Origin: Truepera sp.
GTDB lineage: Bacteria; Deinococcota; Deinococci; Deinococcales; Trueperaceae
Assembly: GCA_965218435.1 (NCBI GenBank)
Contig: CBDCKW010000009.1
Coordinates: 2,848,001-2,912,000 of the forward strand
Direction: 5' to 3'
Length of the DNA: 64,000 bases
In this document: one piece after another, positions 60,351-64,000 of the stretch
Position numbering within the stretch: position 1 is the stretch's first letter
How the letters are laid out: each line of letters opens with the position of its first letter
Notes under the pieces: generated by a model
Database searches by the model: none
What the model was told of the DNA's origin: nothing
Seen by the model: only the letters and a program-made list of their open reading frames with translations
Translations under genes and position numbers: made by a program

Positions 60351-61460
60351 CTACTGCCGTGCGCTCAGCGCGTCTTGCGCCGGGGTGTAACTGGGGTCTA
60401 ACTCGAGCGCCCGCTGATAAGAGTCGGCGGCTTTTTCACTGTCGGACTTGCCGTCACTCGCAGTTTCGCCGCGCGCCGCGTACGCTTGGCCGAGCCAGTA
60501 GTACGCTTCGGCGTTGGCGGGGGGCAAGAGCGCCCCTTTGGTCGCCTGGGTGACCGCGCTGCTGTCGTCGCCAGCCTCGAGGTCAATCCGCGCTAGATAA
60601 GTATACGCCGGGGCGAACGCCGTCGGCTCTAACGCGACGACCTTTTCAAAGTACGGCCGCGCCGCTTCAAAATCTTGGCAGTCAAAGTGCGCGATCCCTA
60701 AGTTTAGGTTGACCGCCGCCTCGTTGGGGGCGAGCGTCGCAGCTTGTTCTAACTCAAACACCGCGTCGTCGCAGCGGTCTCCGAGCAGGTAAGCCTGACC
60801 GAGTTGATTATGCCCGAGCGCGTTTTCAGGCTCGAGCGAAACCGCCCGCCGGAGCGTCCTAATCGCCGCTTCGGTGTCGCCTAACTGTACATATACAAGC
60901 CCCAAGTTGCGCTGATAGTCAGCGACCTTGGGAGCGAGCTGAGTCGCCTGCTCGAGCGCACCTTGCGCCCGCTGCAGATTACCCTGCCGGTAATAGATAA
61001 CGCCGCGCAGGTTGGTCACCGCCGCTGCGTCCGCACCCTGCGCGTCGGCTTGGTCGAGCACGTTGAGCGCGTCCGCGAGCCGCCCCTGATGCGTCGCTGG
61101 GTCCGCTTTGTACTGCTGCAGATACGCCTCGGCCAGCTGCGTATAAACCCCCGGCGTGTTGGGCGTTAGTTTGGCGACTTGCTCGAGGGCGCGGATACCC
61201 TCGTCAAACGAGCCTTCGCAGACCAACGCCCGCCCTTTACCCGAGAGCGCCTCCTGATTTTTAGGCTCACGCTCTAACACCTGTTGAAACAAGTAGCGCG
61301 ACGAAAAGCACTCACCACGTTCAAAAAGTGCTTTGCCGTAGCGGAGCAGTTCAGGGGTCGAGCGTTCGGCAATGTCTTGCGCCGCACCTAGCGGTAGCAG
61401 ACAAAAGAGCCCTACGAGCGCCACAACTACGTGGGACACGCCCATCCGAGATACGGTCAC
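60351..61460 (-). CDS. Secreted tetratricopeptide-repeat protein
   Basis: Signal peptide and multiple TPR motifs (NLG...A...P). Confidence 0.88.
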   Translation of the reverse strand: MTVSRMGVSHVVVALVGLFCLLPLGAAQDIAERSTPELLRYGKALFERGECFSSRYLFQQVLEREPKNQEALSGKGRALVCEGSFDEGIRALEQVAKLTPNTPGVYTQLAEAYLQQYKADPATHQGRLADALNVLDQADAQGADAAAVTNLRGVIYYRQGNLQRAQGALEQATQLAPKVADYQRNLGLVYVQLGDTEAAIRTLRRAVSLEPENALGHNQLGQAYLLGDRCDDAVFELEQAATLAPNEAAVNLNLGIAHFDCQDFEAARPYFEKVVALEPTAFAPAYTYLARIDLEAGDDSSAVTQATKGALLPPANAEAYYWLGQAYAARGETASDGKSDSEKAADSYQRALELDPSYTPAQDALSARQ

Positions 61461-61724
61461 AACATCCTCTTAGCTGAGGTTATAGTTTGGTAGATACTTA
61501 CGCAGATACTCACAACGCCTCCACACGTCAAACCTGTGCATTCTAACAGTCTGGGTTTTAATAGTCGAGGCTTCAGCAGTTTAAGCGCAGCAAAACGAGC
61601 TGCAGATAGTGCAGATACTATGGGAATTACTGTGGGAATACAGACAACCATAGAGGTATCATGACGATACAGCGTGAGAGAGCCGTGTGCAGGTGACCCA
61701 AAACGCTTAGTGTTCGAGGCAAGT

Positions 61725-62414
61725 CTAGGGTAGATAGCTCCGCGCCCGCACAAAACGCCCGCGAAACTGAAACGCCTCGGCGAACTTGACCCCGGCTTCA
61801 ATACCGCGCATCGTCAGGTTGCGCTTAAACCATTCCGGGTTAGCCTCCCAACCGTAAAAGTCGCGGTAGTAAGCGAAGATGCGTTCGCTCACTTCGGCGT
61901 ACTCCGACACATCAACGTGCAGCGTCGGGTACGCCGAGCCCGCCGACGGGTACTGATAAAACCGTACCGGTTTGCGGTGGGGCTCGAGCCGTTCTTCTAA
62001 CTCCTCATTGATAATTTTCGGAATCCGCGCCAGCGTAATCGCGTCGAAGGCGATTTTGGCGCTCATCCGGTGGTCGGGGTGCGCGTGGTCGTCGCTCCAG
62101 CTGATTACGGCGTCGGGCTTAAAAGTGGCGTAGAGGCGGGCTAGCCCCAACCCTTCACTACGGCTCCCGGTCATCCTCGAGTCGCCCATATCGAAAAACG
62201 TATACGACGCCCCGATTTGCTCAGCGACCCAGCCGCCGTGTTCTTGCCGGACGCGGCGCACCTCGGCGTGTTCGGTGTCGCCGAACTGACTCGCTAGTTC
62301 ACCGTGGGTCGTCCAGACGAGCATCACGTTGTCGCCACGCGCCGCGTGTTTAGCCAAAGTACCGACACAACCGAGTTCATCGTCAGGGTGAGCAAAAACA
62401 GCCATGAGGTTCAT
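61725..62414 (-). CDS. PIG-L/LmbE-family deacetylase
   Basis: AHPDDE, HPDH, AEAF. Leaderless TAAGAT-N6-ATG. Confidence 0.88.
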   Translation of the reverse strand: MNLMAVFAHPDDELGCVGTLAKHAARGDNVMLVWTTHGELASQFGDTEHAEVRRVRQEHGGWVAEQIGASYTFFDMGDSRMTGSRSEGLGLARLYATFKPDAVISWSDDHAHPDHRMSAKIAFDAITLARIPKIINEELEERLEPHRKPVRFYQYPSAGSAYPTLHVDVSEYAEVSERIFAYYRDFYGWEANPEWFKRNLTMRGIEAGVKFAEAFQFRGRFVRARSYLP

Positions 62415-62595
62415 AGGGGTATCTTACCGAGCAGGTTCGGAGGGTACGTCTCGGTGAGTACAGGCGGTCGTGCGAAAAACGTAGCTAAGGTCGTCGTAGT
62501 TGGTTTTTTATTTTACGAAACTGCGCACTACCCACTTGATCGGACTCGAGAAGCCTAAAATAAGACCGCTACTCAAGTACACAGCTTGACCCCTC

Positions 62596-62637
62596 TTGAC
62601 AGCTCTTGAGATTAAGACTACATTTGTCTGTACAAAT
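62596..62637 (+). promoter_or_regulatory. Promoter TTGACA-N17-TACATT with a GntR-like operator
   Basis: ATTTGT-CTGT-ACAAAT (62622-62637) overlaps the -10/+1 region. Confidence 0.6.
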
Positions 62638-62731
62638 AAAAGGGGCTTATTCGTCCGCTAAGCCGGTACAAAAATGTGTCATGAATATCGCGCTATTTCT
62701 GTGCCAACGCCCTCGAGCCTAAAGGAGAGAC

Positions 62732-63871
62732 GTGATGAAGCGAAATATGACGTGGCAATTGGCAGGTTTGTGCCTTTTTAGTCTAGTGGTCGTCAGCTGC
62801 GCCAACCTTCAAGATGCCCCCGAGGTAGCCCCGCAAGCGGCAGGCAAAAAACACAACCTCGAGCGCGCGACGCTGGCTTATAACGCGTTGCAGAGGTATT
62901 TTCTAACCGACCAAGGGTTATACTTAGAGGAGTACCCCAACACCTCTGAGAACGCCTACTCGTATGTCTGGCCCTTTTCGCAAGCCCTGAGCGCCACCGC
63001 TGATATGACGAACTTGAGTTCACGGTATCAGGATGATCTAACACGCAGTTTGGACGCGCTCGAGCTCTACTGGAACGACACGACAACGCCCCCCGGCTAC
63101 GACTCTTACGTGCGCCCGCCCCTCGGTCAAGGCGGCGACAAGTTCTACGACGATAATGAGTGGCTTGGACTCGAGTTTTTACGGCTTTATAACACGACTA
63201 AAAACGACGCTTACCTGAGCAAAGCCAAAGAGATTTTTGAGCTGATCGTTTACGGCTGGGACGACGACAACTCGCATCCCTGCCCCGGCGGAGTGTTCTG
63301 GACGCAAGCTCCCTGGAGCCAAGACCGCAACACCATCTCCAACGCACCGGGGGCGCAGATCGGGGCGCAGCTCTACGAGCTTACCGGCAAAGCCCGTTAC
63401 TTAGACTGGGCCAAACGCATGGTGAGCTGGGTTGACGGCTGTATGCTCGCGCCGAACGGTCTTTATTGGGACAACATCAAACTCGATGGGTCAATTGACA
63501 AAACCCAGTGGAGCTATAACCAGGGTATGATGATCGGCGCGAAAACGCTTCTCTACCGGGCTACCGGTGAACGAAGCTATCTGCAGCAGGCCCAGGAAAT
63601 CGCTACGGCGGCGCTCGAGTACTACGGCAACGTCGGCCGCTACTACACGCAGCCTGCCCGCTTTAACGCCATCTTTTTCAAAAACCTTTTGCTGCTAGAC
63701 GCCGAAGCGCCCAACCCCCGTTACCGCAAAGCCGTGCAACGCTACGCTAACGAGGTCTGGTACGGTGCCCGCGAGCCGCAGACGAACCTGTTCAAATTTG
63801 AAACCTATAAACCGGTAACGCTCTTAGAGCAGGCGGCGATGGTGCAAATTTACGCGGCGCTGGCAAAATAG
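62732..63871 (+). CDS. Glycoside hydrolase family 76-like lipoprotein
   Basis: Lipobox VVSC, FYDDNEW catalytic motif, GGVFW, WSYNQG. Confidence 0.85.
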   Translation: MMKRNMTWQLAGLCLFSLVVVSCANLQDAPEVAPQAAGKKHNLERATLAYNALQRYFLTDQGLYLEEYPNTSENAYSYVWPFSQALSATADMTNLSSRYQDDLTRSLDALELYWNDTTTPPGYDSYVRPPLGQGGDKFYDDNEWLGLEFLRLYNTTKNDAYLSKAKEIFELIVYGWDDDNSHPCPGGVFWTQAPWSQDRNTISNAPGAQIGAQLYELTGKARYLDWAKRMVSWVDGCMLAPNGLYWDNIKLDGSIDKTQWSYNQGMMIGAKTLLYRATGERSYLQQAQEIATAALEYYGNVGRYYTQPARFNAIFFKNLLLLDAEAPNPRYRKAVQRYANEVWYGAREPQTNLFKFETYKPVTLLEQAAMVQIYAALAK

Positions 63872-63937
63872 GCTTTAGCTGAGTTGCAACGAACCCACGC
63901 CGTAAAAGTACCGTAAAAACACCGTAAAAGCTTCTGT

Positions 63938-63966
63938 ACTCCCTACCTTGAGGTAGGGAGTTTTTT
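63938..63966 (+). terminator. Rho-independent terminator
   Basis: ACTCCCTACC-TTGA-GGTAGGGAG followed by a T run. Confidence 0.75.
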
Positions 63967-64000
63967 AGGTATCACAACTTCTCGAGCAGTAGCTCACGCA

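Noticed and set aside
61457..61801. 114-aa ORF with short repeats between the TPR and deacetylase genes
   Set aside because: It overlaps the deacetylase end, has low-complexity micro-duplications and no recognisable motif. Probably intergenic.

Overview
A 64-kb chromosomal window from a Deinococcota bacterium, probably Trueperaceae-like. This is inferred from the short Thermus-type EF-Ts, many leaderless genes with TANNNT 5-7 nt before the start codon, and dense CTCGAG palindromes. Most of it is housekeeping or metabolic: rpsB-tsf-pyrH-frr, cdsA, lipA/lipB, pdxT, ppa, PBP1A, proline catabolism, FTR1/EfeO-like iron uptake, ABC/MFS/CDF transporters and a two-component system. Accessory highlights: (1) An apparently intact ~8.7-kb integrative element (21690-30424) in the 3' end of tRNA-Ala(CGC), bounded by a 46-bp direct repeat. 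It has a tyrosine integrase, an Xis-like HTH, an AAA helicase flanked by inverted iterons, lipoprotein cargo and no recognisable virion genes, so it looks like a phage satellite. It also carries a repressor-controlled small-gene operon with an unannotated, very acidic 54-aa protein (DNA-mimic/anti-defence candidate). (2) An AT-rich stand-alone SIR2 gene just outside that element. (3) An unannotated transcription unit (promoter, Crp-like box, RBS, terminator) for a 14-aa peptide, lying between a cupin-HD-GYP gene and a Crp gene. (4) A blh gene whose start codon is triplicated by a 16-bp tandem repeat. (5) An Mrr nuclease, a HigBA module, a gene with an in-frame amber stop, a DUF892-BON-SRPBCC fusion with an internal start, and a ~170-nt intergenic structured element. 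All family calls come from reading motifs by eye; no database searches were run.
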